Source: Epithemia pelagica
Lineage: Eukaryota; Protista; Bacillariophyta
Assembly: GCA_946965045.2 (NCBI GenBank)
Contig: OX337237.1
Location: 2,046,001 to 2,110,000 of the forward strand
Direction of reading: 5' to 3'
DNA length: 64,000 nucleotides
This document shows, piece after piece, positions 1 to 10,067 of this stretch (position 1 is its first letter; each line of letters opens with the position of its first letter). Made by a program: the position numbers and the translations under genes. The notes beneath the pieces are model-generated. The model saw only the letters and a program-made list of their open reading frames with translations, was not told the DNA's origin and did no database searches.

Positions 1-1
1 T

Positions 2-340
2 CAAAAGTTTTGGGACATGCTGAACATTGCGGTGAAGGAAATGGGTTTTGTAGATTTGACAACCAAATTTCACTTGCCAGTGTGGCTTCTCTACGCGGTC
101 GCATACGTGGCCAATGTCGTTGGCGCCCTGACTGGCAAGAAATTCAAACTCAACCCCTTCAATGTTCGAATGCTGACCATTCATCGGTACTTTAGTGTTG
201 AAAGAGCTCAACGTGACCTTGGCTACGAGCCTGTAGTGCCCTTCAAAGAGGCCTGGCCCTCAACGGTGCAATGGTTCAAGAAGAATTGGTTGCCCAAGTT
301 CTTGGAACAACAAACGTCTGGTAAGAAGAAAGTCCAGTAA
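2..340 (+). CDS. 3' end (5'-truncated by window) of a 3beta-hydroxysteroid dehydrogenase/NSDHL-like extended SDR protein
   Basis: Open frame from base 2 to TAA at 338-340. PFNVRMLTIHRYFSVERAQRDLGYEPVVPFKEAW matches the typical C-terminus of 3beta-HSD/sterol C4-decarboxylase family proteins, preceded by a hydrophobic stretch. Confidence 0.7.
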   Translation, partial: QKFWDMLNIAVKEMGFVDLTTKFHLPVWLLYAVAYVANVVGALTGKKFKLNPFNVRMLTIHRYFSVERAQRDLGYEPVVPFKEAWPSTVQWFKKNWLPKFLEQQTSGKKKVQ

Positions 341-479
341 GATTGTAGATGGTACGCGTAACTCTGGTGTAAGTGTTCAATTCAATGGTCTCCTTCCATA
401 ATCTAGGAATGTCCCCACACACAAAGATGATCATAGAAAGCCCGATTCCAATACGCTGTCAGGGTTTTCGAGACTTTTA

Positions 480-2222
480 TCAATTTGTGTTGTTCCATAT
501 TCCTAATGCGGTACGGTCGTCAAGAACGATTGGACGAAGATCCTGGTCAATCAATTGAGAACTGCTGCTGTGCTTTTTGACCTGATCTTGCCAATACGGT
601 CCATCCGGAAACCATTGCCACACCCACGAAGAAAACGGAGGTACTGTACCATACAATTGGTACCATCTCAGCACTTGTCCTGGCAATAAGAAGTAGTCCT
701 GTTTACGCATGGTTTCATTGTGTAGTACCGTTGGACCTCGGCTCCCGTACCGATAAAAATCCCAATGTTCATGCTCCAATGAGAATCCAGGTGCGGGATA
801 GGCAGGTACCATTGTCAAATCCTCCTTGCTGACTTTCGAGCCGCCTTTAGATAAAGTGGCAGAATGCGATGGATTCAGCCAGGCAGATAAATTTGCAATG
901 GGCGTGACATGACATGGATTCAAGAGCAATGGGTGACTGCCCAACCAATGCTCGGATGCAAAGCGTTTGCGACCCATCATATGTGGCATTTGCGGGAAGA
1001 AAAATGTCTGCAGAGTTCCTTGGGTGTCACGAAACTGTTTGAAACGATTGACCACGTTACGGTCCATGATCCGCTCAAAGCCCAAGGGTGGCAGCAAATT
1101 CACAATGTATCGACAGGATGCCACCCACATGTTTCCTGGATAGTGACAACTTGGCAATGGTTGCATCAGCAAGGAGCAGGTATCACAGGCCTTGCCAACA
1201 TTCATCATCTCTCTTTCACTCTTCACTTGTGGGGGTGGTGGATTGGAAGCTGACATGGCTTGTAAACAATGTCGACTTGTAGCTGCCTTGGTCAGCAACT
1301 GTCGCCATCGATCTTGCGTGGCAAATTTGTCTGGTTTACTGCTGCTGTTTGGTGACAATTCAGCCTTGCTGTTGTCCTCAGTGTTTTGCGCATAGTGAAA
1401 GCTGCCCTTGCTGTGAAGGTAGATTGCTTGTGCACTTGGATGAGCGTGACAGAATTCGTACACGTCTTGCAAGGTAAGATCTTCGTTGCCTTGGTCAAAA
1501 TGCTGCCCAAAATGAATTTGAATCTTGTGTCTTTCGCCCCGTTGGGTGACTTGTCGTTGCATCCATTCCCGTTTCAAGATCTTGTCCGTACCAATGGTAT
1601 TGTAGTATAGATGAAGGGTATGATTCGTGCCGAATTTGGTGTCGTGGTCGTCTCCTCCCAAGGCAGCATAGGACGTTCGAACTTGATCCAGTTGTTCAGA
1701 TATAATCGACAGAGCGTGGCGTTGTCCTGCCGTTTCATTGGGAATAAAAATATTGTAAAAAATCATCCATGGAGGAGACTGTGTTCGTAATGGGTCACCC
1801 TTGCCCTTGTCCCACCACGACCAATCCCGAGGTTGACGAGGAATGCTAGTCGACTTCCAATGAAGAAAGGGCCAAGATGACGAGAGGCTCATTTGAGTGA
1901 GAAACAAGAGTTTGGTGGTCGCCAAGGTGATCAAGACCATGCAGGCCAGCAGTGAACGGCTCCGAAGAAATGGTAGAGACTGCAGCCTCCTGAGGTATAC
2001 CGGGGAACAACACATGCTCGTCGAATCGCGATTCATCATCCACACTGTCTTGTTCATGCCGCGAAGTCGAGCACTTGGCAAGGGTGTTTTGCGAGTACGA
2101 GCGGAGTCCAACAAATCAACACAAGAGTTCTGTTGAATGCCGTGGTTGCCTTCGGCATTTTCCACGTCTGTGATTCCAACAACACCATTGCTACTTTCGC
2201 TTCGACGAGATGGTCGCTTCAT
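480..2222 (-). CDS. Uncharacterised diatom-type protein, predicted type II membrane topology, possibly glycosyltransferase-like
   Basis: 598-aa stop-free frame; first in-frame ATG at 2222 (the track start at 2276 is TTG). One N-terminal hydrophobic helix (LLACMVLITLATTKLLFL), then motifs FYNIFIP..IISEQL, IYLHSKGSFH, HYPGNMWVASC and GRKRFASEHWLGSHP, which I recall from an expanded diatom family. Confidence 0.65.
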   Translation of the reverse strand: MKRPSRRSESSNGVVGITDVENAEGNHGIQQNSCVDLLDSARTRKTPLPSARLRGMNKTVWMMNRDSTSMCCSPVYLRRLQSLPFLRSRSLLACMVLITLATTKLLFLTQMSLSSSWPFLHWKSTSIPRQPRDWSWWDKGKGDPLRTQSPPWMIFYNIFIPNETAGQRHALSIISEQLDQVRTSYAALGGDDHDTKFGTNHTLHLYYNTIGTDKILKREWMQRQVTQRGERHKIQIHFGQHFDQGNEDLTLQDVYEFCHAHPSAQAIYLHSKGSFHYAQNTEDNSKAELSPNSSSKPDKFATQDRWRQLLTKAATSRHCLQAMSASNPPPPQVKSEREMMNVGKACDTCSLLMQPLPSCHYPGNMWVASCRYIVNLLPPLGFERIMDRNVVNRFKQFRDTQGTLQTFFFPQMPHMMGRKRFASEHWLGSHPLLLNPCHVTPIANLSAWLNPSHSATLSKGGSKVSKEDLTMVPAYPAPGFSLEHEHWDFYRYGSRGPTVLHNETMRKQDYFLLPGQVLRWYQLYGTVPPFSSWVWQWFPDGPYWQDQVKKHSSSSQLIDQDLRPIVLDDRTALGIWNNTN

Positions 2223-2382
2223 GATTGTGATGGACTGAGAATGTGAGATCTTTCCGATCCCGTCACTCCCTATCAAAAAACGTCATTAATCCATCACATT
2301 CTAATTTGAATTCTTCCTGTTTAACAGACTCAACACGCTGAGTAGTCTCGGAACGTCATCCATCGATTCGCATCTCTCGCAG

Positions 2383-4299
2383 ATGGAAAAGATCGTCTCA
2401 TTCGGAGACGAAATCCAAGAAGCACTATGCATGGTAGAACAGACTAACATGACTGAACCAATTCAGCAAGCATGGCTCAATGTCATCCAAGAATCCCTCC
2501 AAGTTCTTCATGCTGCTTCACAACCAGCAGCCAGAGGACGAGGAGGAGACTCGCACTATCGATCCAATTCTCAACGGAAGCCACGCCACAAGGAGGAGGA
2601 GGAACGAGAAGATCTGCAACACTCCTGGGATCAAAGTTTGCGAAACTTGGCGACATTGGAGACATTTCTGTTGGAGCGACACTCGCATCCTGCATCGCAT
2701 CAAGAGGAAGAAGAACCTATACTACAAGTTGGACTGCTCACATTGGACACAGCGCCCAACGAACTGCCTCCAGTGGGTCCGACGAAACAACCAGAACAGG
2801 ACGATCAGGCGGCTGGAGATGAAGTGTTGCTGCAACCATCTCAGTTGGTCACGGCGACAAGTGCGGTTGCCATGGTTGGTAATCCTGCCAGGAAAGAAAG
2901 CTACACGGCTCGTCGATTGCTCATTCGCATTTACACCGGCCTGGCAGACCTCTATGTCGGATACGGACGATACTTGGATCACGAAAGTCACAAGCTGAAT
3001 TCTGACAACAATGATTCGAGGATCGATCGACAAAAATCAAAAATTGAAACGTGGACGCAAGTAGCGTCCTTGGCCACTCTGGCCTTTGAAAAGGGACAGG
3101 CAGGACTCCTTTTGGCCGATTCTGCCGTCTCCTTGTGGTTTCAGGAACAAGAACAACTCTTAATGGAACAGCAACAAGCAATTCATGAACATTTCCAACA
3201 ACAGAACGATCAAGGAGAAGGGCTTCCGTCGACGTCGAATATGGACCCAACAGACCTCCTTCAACTCAAGCAACAAGTTGGTGGATCGCAACGCAGCATT
3301 CAGCTTTCGGCCTTGACGCAGGACGCGGAAATTGTCGCCGTTGCCATTCATCAGTTGGTCTCCTACAAGGAGCGACTAGAACATGACATATCGAGGGAAC
3401 GCAGTCGATTGCAGAATCGATTGCGTCCCCAATGGAAGACACGAGATCAAGTGAAGCAACGGTTGGGTACCAATTATTGGTACAATAACCCCGCACCCAA
3501 ACACGATCATTCTGCCTTGAGAGAAGAGGACGAAGCTGCGCTGAGACAGCTGGATGATATTTTAAATCAGATGCAACTCTTACAGATTGATGCCCTTTCG
3601 CAATCGGCGTACAACTTACAGCAACGGTTGGAAGGAGTGGACGACAATCTACAACAACCGACAGGCATGGCCATGTCACAGTTGCTACAGGAACACGAAC
3701 AGCAACAATTGCAACGACACAATGGTCTCCGTCCAGGAACAACATCAAGAACTCGCGTATCTCGAGAGGATTTTCCTGATCCAAACATTTTGAATAATGG
3801 GTGGGCATTCACAGGAAGTGAGGAAAATCTCGAAGTTGAGTATTATGAGTTTGAGTTGACGTCTGAAGCATTAGGTGGCACCGTCAGCCTTTTGGAGAAC
3901 AATGGCCGTGCCACTGTTGTCCAACTAGATTGGTTTTATACCAAGGCCACCGTCAAAACAACCTTGTACGTTCCCTCACGACAAGGACATGCAGGAAGGG
4001 TTGTTCCCTTGATAGTGGATGGTACACGAGTTACACCATCTTTGTATCGTTCGATTATTGAAAACCCCTGTACGAAAACGAGTAAGAACGGCGCCGTGGA
4101 AGTGGTTGCTTCGGCCTCGTCTCGAAGAACCAGAGGACCCGACCGTCATCGCGGCGGGAACTCGAATCACCGCGAACGAGGGAGAGGAGCAAGAGGTCGC
4201 AACCGTACAAGACAAAGAGGTGGCCGAGGCCGAGACCAGCGGACGCGGGAGTCTGGTGGAAACTCTACTTCTCATAATGGTTACACACAAAACTTATGA
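2383..4299 (+). CDS. Hypothetical protein: Gln/Glu-rich helical N-terminus, small conserved-looking domain, Arg/Gly-rich tail
   Basis: 638-aa ATG-started ORF. C-terminal module GWAFTGSEE..VEYYE..QLDWFYTKATVKTTL..QG..YRSIIENP, then an RG/RGG-rich tail. Confidence 0.7.
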   Translation: MEKIVSFGDEIQEALCMVEQTNMTEPIQQAWLNVIQESLQVLHAASQPAARGRGGDSHYRSNSQRKPRHKEEEEREDLQHSWDQSLRNLATLETFLLERHSHPASHQEEEEPILQVGLLTLDTAPNELPPVGPTKQPEQDDQAAGDEVLLQPSQLVTATSAVAMVGNPARKESYTARRLLIRIYTGLADLYVGYGRYLDHESHKLNSDNNDSRIDRQKSKIETWTQVASLATLAFEKGQAGLLLADSAVSLWFQEQEQLLMEQQQAIHEHFQQQNDQGEGLPSTSNMDPTDLLQLKQQVGGSQRSIQLSALTQDAEIVAVAIHQLVSYKERLEHDISRERSRLQNRLRPQWKTRDQVKQRLGTNYWYNNPAPKHDHSALREEDEAALRQLDDILNQMQLLQIDALSQSAYNLQQRLEGVDDNLQQPTGMAMSQLLQEHEQQQLQRHNGLRPGTTSRTRVSREDFPDPNILNNGWAFTGSEENLEVEYYEFELTSEALGGTVSLLENNGRATVVQLDWFYTKATVKTTLYVPSRQGHAGRVVPLIVDGTRVTPSLYRSIIENPCTKTSKNGAVEVVASASSRRTRGPDRHRGGNSNHRERGRGARGRNRTRQRGGRGRDQRTRESGGNSTSHNGYTQNL

Positions 4300-4332
4300 G
4301 CACACCACATTCAGAGTGATGGATGGGCGATA

Positions 4333-4359
4333 CCCCCCCCCTGACCCCCCCCCCTGACC
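4333..4359. repeat. C9-TGA-C10-TGA-CC low-complexity tract (G-rich on the minus strand)
   Basis: Read directly: cccccccc ctgacccccc cccctgacc, in the 3' flank of the 2383-4299 gene. Confidence 0.8.
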
Positions 4360-4978
4360 AGCCTGTTTCGACGTTATTGAGCCCTTGCAACAATAGTTTA
4401 ATTGGCCACTGATGTACTTGGTTGCCGCACCAAGTTGTTCCATTCTCTGTTGTGGTTGTCCCATGATACTAGCAAGATCACGATCGATTGTGCGAAATAG
4501 GTGCAAGACAAAGGACCTTGAGAAATCGCCTTGTTTGATTTGTTAATAAACACGATATCCAACTCTCCTCGTCCTTTCCACCCCGGCATAAGTATTATTT
4601 CGATGATAGGCAAGTTGTGAGAAGCCCAATAACTGCGGCGGATCTTCTTTTGTTGTTGGAGTTTGCTTCTTAGGAGTAGGGGTAGGTGCTAAAGTACTGC
4701 TAGCTAGCTAGAGGAGCGTAGGTACGAGTAGACTTTCGAGAAGGGTACCTATGCAAAAAATGGTCTGTCCGGGAACGGGTGGGTGCAAAAGGGGAGCAAC
4801 ACGGAATGACCAAAATGACCACATCCAAACGGTACAAAACCTCCGTAGAAATTCCGTACAACTCATAATAACCCGGAGAGTCATTCAAGTCATCGCTATC
4901 TTCGGCGCATTGTCTATTGTCTTCACATTTTGTGCTCTGCCGCATCTTCCACAAACTCTATCTCTCAACTCTATCATC

Positions 4979-6112
4979 ATGGCTGACGACGAAGATATTG
5001 CCGCCCTTGTCATTGACAATGGTTCTGGTATGTGCAAAGCCGGTTTTGCTGGAGATGACGCCCCTCGATCTGTCTTTCCCTCGTTGATTGGTCGTGCCCG
5101 TCAGCCAGGTATCATGGTCGGTATGGAACAACGTGACGCCTACGTCGGTGACGAAGCCCAAGCGAAGCGTGGTGTTTTGACACTCAAGTACCCCATTGAG
5201 CACGGTATTGTTACTAACTGGGACGATATGGAGAAGATTTGGCATCATACCTTCTACAACGAGTTGCGTGTCGCCCCCGAAGCCCACCCTGTCCTTTTGA
5301 CAGAGGCCCCTCAGAACCCCAAGGCCAATCGCGAGCGTATGACGCAAATTATGTTTGAGACATTCAACGTACCAGCCATGTATGTGAATATCCAAGCCGT
5401 TCTTTCTTTGTATGCTTCTGGTCGTACAACTGGATGTGTGCTCGATTCTGGTGACGGTGTTTCGCACACAGTGCCGATTTATGAAGGTTACGCTCTTCCC
5501 CATGCTGTGATCCGTTTGGATCTTGCTGGACGTGATTTGACAGACTATTTGGTCAAGATTTTGACGGAGCGTGGTTATTCTTTGACGACCACCGCCGAAC
5601 GTGAGATTGTTCGTGATATCAAGGAGTCGTTGTGCTTTGTGGCGGTTGACTTTGAAGAGGAGATGAAGAAGGCCGCCGAGTCGTCTGCTCTTGAGAAGTC
5701 TTTCGAGCTTCCTGATGGTAACATTATTGTGATTGGTAACGAACGTTTCCGATGTCCCGAAGTGTTGTTCCAACCCAACTTGACGGGTCTTGAAATGGAC
5801 GGAGTGGCGGACTCTACCTTCCAAACCATTATGAAGTGTGATGTCGATATCCGAAAGGACTTGTATGCCAACATTGTTCTTTCTGGAGGAACTACAATGT
5901 TCCCAGGTATTTCGGAGCGTATGTCTAAGGAGATTACTGCTCTTGCCCCCGCCTCGATCAAGGTGAAGATTGTAGCACCTCCTGAGCGCAAGTACTCTGT
6001 ATGGATTGGAGGATCTATTTTGGCATCTTTGTCTACTTTCCAGTCCATGTGGATCTCCAAGGAGGAATATGACGAATCTGGTCCATCAATTGTACACCGC
6101 AAGTGCTTCTAA
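4979..6112 (+). CDS. ACT: Actin, copy 1 (377 aa, intronless)
   Basis: [30 protein letters not shown]...[13 protein letters not shown] at 4979 by homology to the other three copies; stop TAA. Confidence 0.99.
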   Translation: MADDEDIAALVIDNGSGMCKAGFAGDDAPRSVFPSLIGRARQPGIMVGMEQRDAYVGDEAQAKRGVLTLKYPIEHGIVTNWDDMEKIWHHTFYNELRVAPEAHPVLLTEAPQNPKANRERMTQIMFETFNVPAMYVNIQAVLSLYASGRTTGCVLDSGDGVSHTVPIYEGYALPHAVIRLDLAGRDLTDYLVKILTERGYSLTTTAEREIVRDIKESLCFVAVDFEEEMKKAAESSALEKSFELPDGNIIVIGNERFRCPEVLFQPNLTGLEMDGVADSTFQTIMKCDVDIRKDLYANIVLSGGTTMFPGISERMSKEITALAPASIKVKIVAPPERKYSVWIGGSILASLSTFQSMWISKEEYDESGPSIVHRKCF

Positions 6113-7530
6113 GGAATTTCTCTCGTGGTTATTCAGGACATTTCCTGGTTGTTTGTACGTCAATAAAATACTTAGTTCTTTATCCTTGTGGTCATAACCA
6201 TGTCGGTGTGGCGCGGCAAGGTGTTAGATGGAAACATGGAATCCTTTGAAATGGGGTCTGCTTTATTAGCATGGGAAAATTCCTATCTGGTTTTGTCGAA
6301 TACGTGGTGCGCATTAGGCATGGTGTCCTTCGGCGTTATACACGGAAAATTTGATGTTCTCTTGTCCTGTTAATTGAATGTCAAATCGAAATGCGGCGAG
6401 TGAATTGGTTGCTGGAAGTACAGCAGCAACCATACTTTTGAGGAGGAAGCCTGGATCTAAAAATGGATCGACGTCTTTTTTTTTCAATTGCAACATTACG
6501 TCCACTTCTTCTCGAATATCATGCCGTTTTGTTCGTCAAATGAACCCGATTGTGCTAACATTTGGGAGTTGAAGTCTCTCACCATAATGAGTAAGATGTC
6601 TGATTGCAGGTAGAAAGCTAGCACTCGGTAGTCGAAAGATTTTCTGGGCAAAGCAACAGTCGAATTTGAGTCCGATCAAGTGAAGGAATGTCTGACAATG
6701 AAGTCTTGGTACTTCTCTGCGATTGTTCACAGTCGTATGATGAATGTTCGAGCATTTCGCTAGCTACTCGTTGGGTCGCTTCACTGACATGCCCAACACT
6801 CATTGATCTACCTGCCACTCCGATGTTTGTCTAGCGGCAATTATGACTAATGAACGAAATAGACCTAACCAAACAATAATGAATCTGAGCCTGATTATAA
6901 GAAACAGTGAAATACGTCGAACTCGATTTGTCCCCATACCTGTAAGTGCATCCTGACACAAAAGATTTCCAGCTGACTGCCTCCGAGGATACAAACACAG
7001 CGACTATGACAATGTGCAAGCCTTGAAACGATTGGTCATCACGGGTTTAGCACCTCCAAGGACAGCAAAAGAGAACCAGGTGCTTTTGCTCTCATTCTGC
7101 CTCCTCTCGTCCCGAGTTTTCTGTTCTTGCTTCCGAATCCCTGATAAACATCTCTTTCGCACAAAAACTAAAACCGCTCGAAAGTAGTAAAAAAGACAAC
7201 AAATAAAAACCCAATGGAAAAATCATTATGGATGCTAGTCTACCTTGAGATAATAAAAACCTTTCAGTCGTTGCAAGAAAAAGAAGGAAAAATCAGAAAG
7301 GACAAAAAAATACCCATCGGACATCGAGAAACGGTTAACCAAGACCAACTCAAGACAGCCAAACAAGACTTTGCAAGAGTTGGGAGTGGGGACACCTTCT
7401 GCCCCCTCAGGGCGCAAGGACAGATCGGGAAAAACCAAGTCGGGGGTCATTCGAATTCGAAAAGTCATTGTCCAATCTCCAAGGTGGGTTGGCAAATTCA
7501 TAAACTACAAGATCGAACAAATCTGAAATC

Positions 7531-8664
7531 ATGGCTGACGACGAAGATATTGCCGCCCTTGTCATTGACAATGGTTCTGGTATGTGCAAAGCCGGTTTTG
7601 CTGGAGATGACGCCCCTCGATCTGTCTTTCCCTCGTTGATTGGTCGTGCCCGTCAGCCAGGTATCATGGTCGGTATGGAACAACGTGACGCCTACGTCGG
7701 TGACGAAGCCCAAGCGAAGCGTGGTGTTTTGACACTCAAGTACCCCATTGAGCACGGTATTGTTACTAACTGGGACGATATGGAGAAGATTTGGCATCAT
7801 ACCTTCTACAACGAGTTGCGTGTCGCCCCCGAAGCCCACCCTGTCCTTTTGACAGAGGCCCCTCAGAACCCCAAGGCCAATCGCGAGCGTATGACGCAAA
7901 TTATGTTTGAGACATTCAACGTACCAGCCATGTATGTGAATATCCAAGCCGTTCTTTCTTTGTATGCTTCTGGTCGTACAACTGGATGTGTGCTCGATTC
8001 TGGTGACGGTGTTTCGCACACAGTGCCGATTTATGAAGGTTACGCTCTTCCCCATGCTGTGATCCGTTTGGATCTTGCTGGACGTGATTTGACAGACTAT
8101 TTGGTCAAGATTTTGACGGAGCGTGGTTATTCTTTGACGACCACAGCTGAACGTGAGATTGTTCGTGATATCAAGGAGTCGTTGTGCTTTGTGGCGGTTG
8201 ACTTTGAAGAGGAGATGAAGAAGGCCGCCGAGTCGTCTGCTCTTGAGAAGTCTTTCGAGCTTCCTGATGGTAACATTATTGTGATTGGTAACGAACGTTT
8301 CCGATGTCCCGAAGTGTTGTTCCAACCCAACTTGACGGGTCTTGAAATGGACGGAGTGGCGGACTCTACCTTCCAAACCATTATGAAGTGTGATGTCGAT
8401 ATCCGAAAGGACTTGTATGCCAACATTGTTCTTTCTGGAGGAACTACAATGTTCCCAGGTATTTCGGAGCGTATGTCTAAGGAGATTACTGCTCTTGCCC
8501 CCGCCTCGATCAAGGTGAAGATTGTAGCACCTCCTGAGCGCAAGTACTCTGTATGGATTGGAGGATCTATTTTGGCATCTTTGTCTACTTTCCAGTCTAT
8601 GTGGATCTCCAAGGAGGAATATGACGAATCTGGTCCATCAATTGTACACCGCAAGTGCTTCTAG
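7531..8664 (+). CDS. ACT: Actin, copy 2 (377 aa, intronless)
   Basis: Protein identical to copy 1; private synonymous changes (ACA GCT near 8143-8148, TCT near 8596); stop TAG. Confidence 0.99.
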   Translation: MADDEDIAALVIDNGSGMCKAGFAGDDAPRSVFPSLIGRARQPGIMVGMEQRDAYVGDEAQAKRGVLTLKYPIEHGIVTNWDDMEKIWHHTFYNELRVAPEAHPVLLTEAPQNPKANRERMTQIMFETFNVPAMYVNIQAVLSLYASGRTTGCVLDSGDGVSHTVPIYEGYALPHAVIRLDLAGRDLTDYLVKILTERGYSLTTTAEREIVRDIKESLCFVAVDFEEEMKKAAESSALEKSFELPDGNIIVIGNERFRCPEVLFQPNLTGLEMDGVADSTFQTIMKCDVDIRKDLYANIVLSGGTTMFPGISERMSKEITALAPASIKVKIVAPPERKYSVWIGGSILASLSTFQSMWISKEEYDESGPSIVHRKCF

Positions 8665-8876
8665 TTATCCCCTTTGCCTGTCATACGTTCTAATTCAATA
8701 TACTTAGTTTCATTGCTCACTACGTAGTCTCTTTGCTGAGTTGCAGTAGAAAGTTTTTTTAGTCGCGGATGCGTCGTGGAATCTGGCTACTTTGCGTCGA
8801 AATGTATCTTTGGAGGTGAGAGTATCTTATACGGTCGACGGTGTATTCTTTTTCAAAGAGAGAAAAAGAATAACGC

Positions 8877-9986
8877 ATGGAAACCTGCAAAACGACGGAA
8901 ATGGGTGTTGGCAATCATGCGGCAGGAAGAGATAAGAACTCTCAGCAGTCTATTCGAAGCCGGACTCGGATTCTGAGAACAGACCCTGTTTCTTTTTCGC
9001 TAGCACCTATTTGGCAAGTTACAGCCGCACTGGTGCTTGCAGCATTTGTGGCTCTTTTGGGTGTTGGGTCCGAAAACATCAAAGACAACGTTTTAATTAA
9101 TTTTTTTTCGTCATTATTTCATCAGAGCAAGTTGAATAAGGAGAACTGGAACTTCCGGGAGTCCCTGGGGTCCGAATGGAATCTTCCTCGCGTCTTATCA
9201 TCATCCGAATCATTGACTTTGCTACAAAATGAGCTCGGTCGATTGACTGCGATATCACAAGGGCTGGGAGGTAGCGGGGCAGATTTCTCACCAAAGAGCT
9301 TTGGTACTCGAATTGTGAACTCTTTTGTACACAATCAAACTCTGTTGAAGCACTTAGCACAAGAGACCTTATGGCGGGAATGCTACGAAAAACCCGTTCG
9401 ATGGATTCCCCTTACAATCGCATCGCAGCAAAGTGTGGAGGACCTCTCACCCAGTCGTGGGGAGGAGCTTCCACGACCTGCACGAGCGTTGTCAAACATC
9501 TGGGAAGAATTAGCATACTCGATATGGAAAGACCAGCCTGAATTGACCAGCAAAATAATAAAGGGCTCCGCTCCTGTGCCAGCTAGTGGACTGGAATATT
9601 GGTGCAACATTTTGACACCTGAGACTCCCTTACAATGGCATGTCGACAAGGACGAAGAGTTGTACATGGAATCAAATAACGAGGTTCTGAGAACGCCTAC
9701 AATGGGAGCTGTATATTATGGGTATCCTCACATAGTCCAAGGAGGATACTTGGAGTTGCTTTCATTTGGAGCTGTTGAAAACGACGATCACTCCATGCAC
9801 AGCGTTCCGGAAGATGCTGGACGCGAAATTGAACGTATTCGTCCCGAATACAATAGACTTGTTTTCTTGAATGTGTCCATGTGGCATGCCGTCTCACCCC
9901 TATGGAGTGGGTCGCGGTTTACCCTTGCCGTGAATTTATGGCACGGACCAGCACCTCTTGCTTTTCGGGAAGACAAGAATGAATAG
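8877..9986 (+). CDS. 2-oxoglutarate/Fe(II)-dependent oxygenase (prolyl-4-hydroxylase-like fold) with N-terminal hydrophobic segment
   Basis: HxD motif LQWHVDKD, GAVYY, GGYLEL, P.YNRLVFL, distal His WHAVSP and Arg SRFTLAVNLW form the double-stranded beta-helix signature. Hydrophobic stretch VTAALVLAAFVALLGVG. Confidence 0.85.
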   Translation: METCKTTEMGVGNHAAGRDKNSQQSIRSRTRILRTDPVSFSLAPIWQVTAALVLAAFVALLGVGSENIKDNVLINFFSSLFHQSKLNKENWNFRESLGSEWNLPRVLSSSESLTLLQNELGRLTAISQGLGGSGADFSPKSFGTRIVNSFVHNQTLLKHLAQETLWRECYEKPVRWIPLTIASQQSVEDLSPSRGEELPRPARALSNIWEELAYSIWKDQPELTSKIIKGSAPVPASGLEYWCNILTPETPLQWHVDKDEELYMESNNEVLRTPTMGAVYYGYPHIVQGGYLELLSFGAVENDDHSMHSVPEDAGREIERIRPEYNRLVFLNVSMWHAVSPLWSGSRFTLAVNLWHGPAPLAFREDKNE

Positions 9987-10067
9987 CTTCTCTCCGTTTC
10001 TTTTTCACCATCGCTACTTGACAGGAGCAGAATCCTACAAATTCAAGGTAAATAGTAAACAAGTCAT

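Noticed and set aside
4751-4978. 76-aa N-terminal extension of actin copy 1 (453-aa ORF in the track)
   Set aside because: The other three copies start at MADDED with the same ATC-ATG context. The extension is promoter/5'UTR that happens to lack stops.
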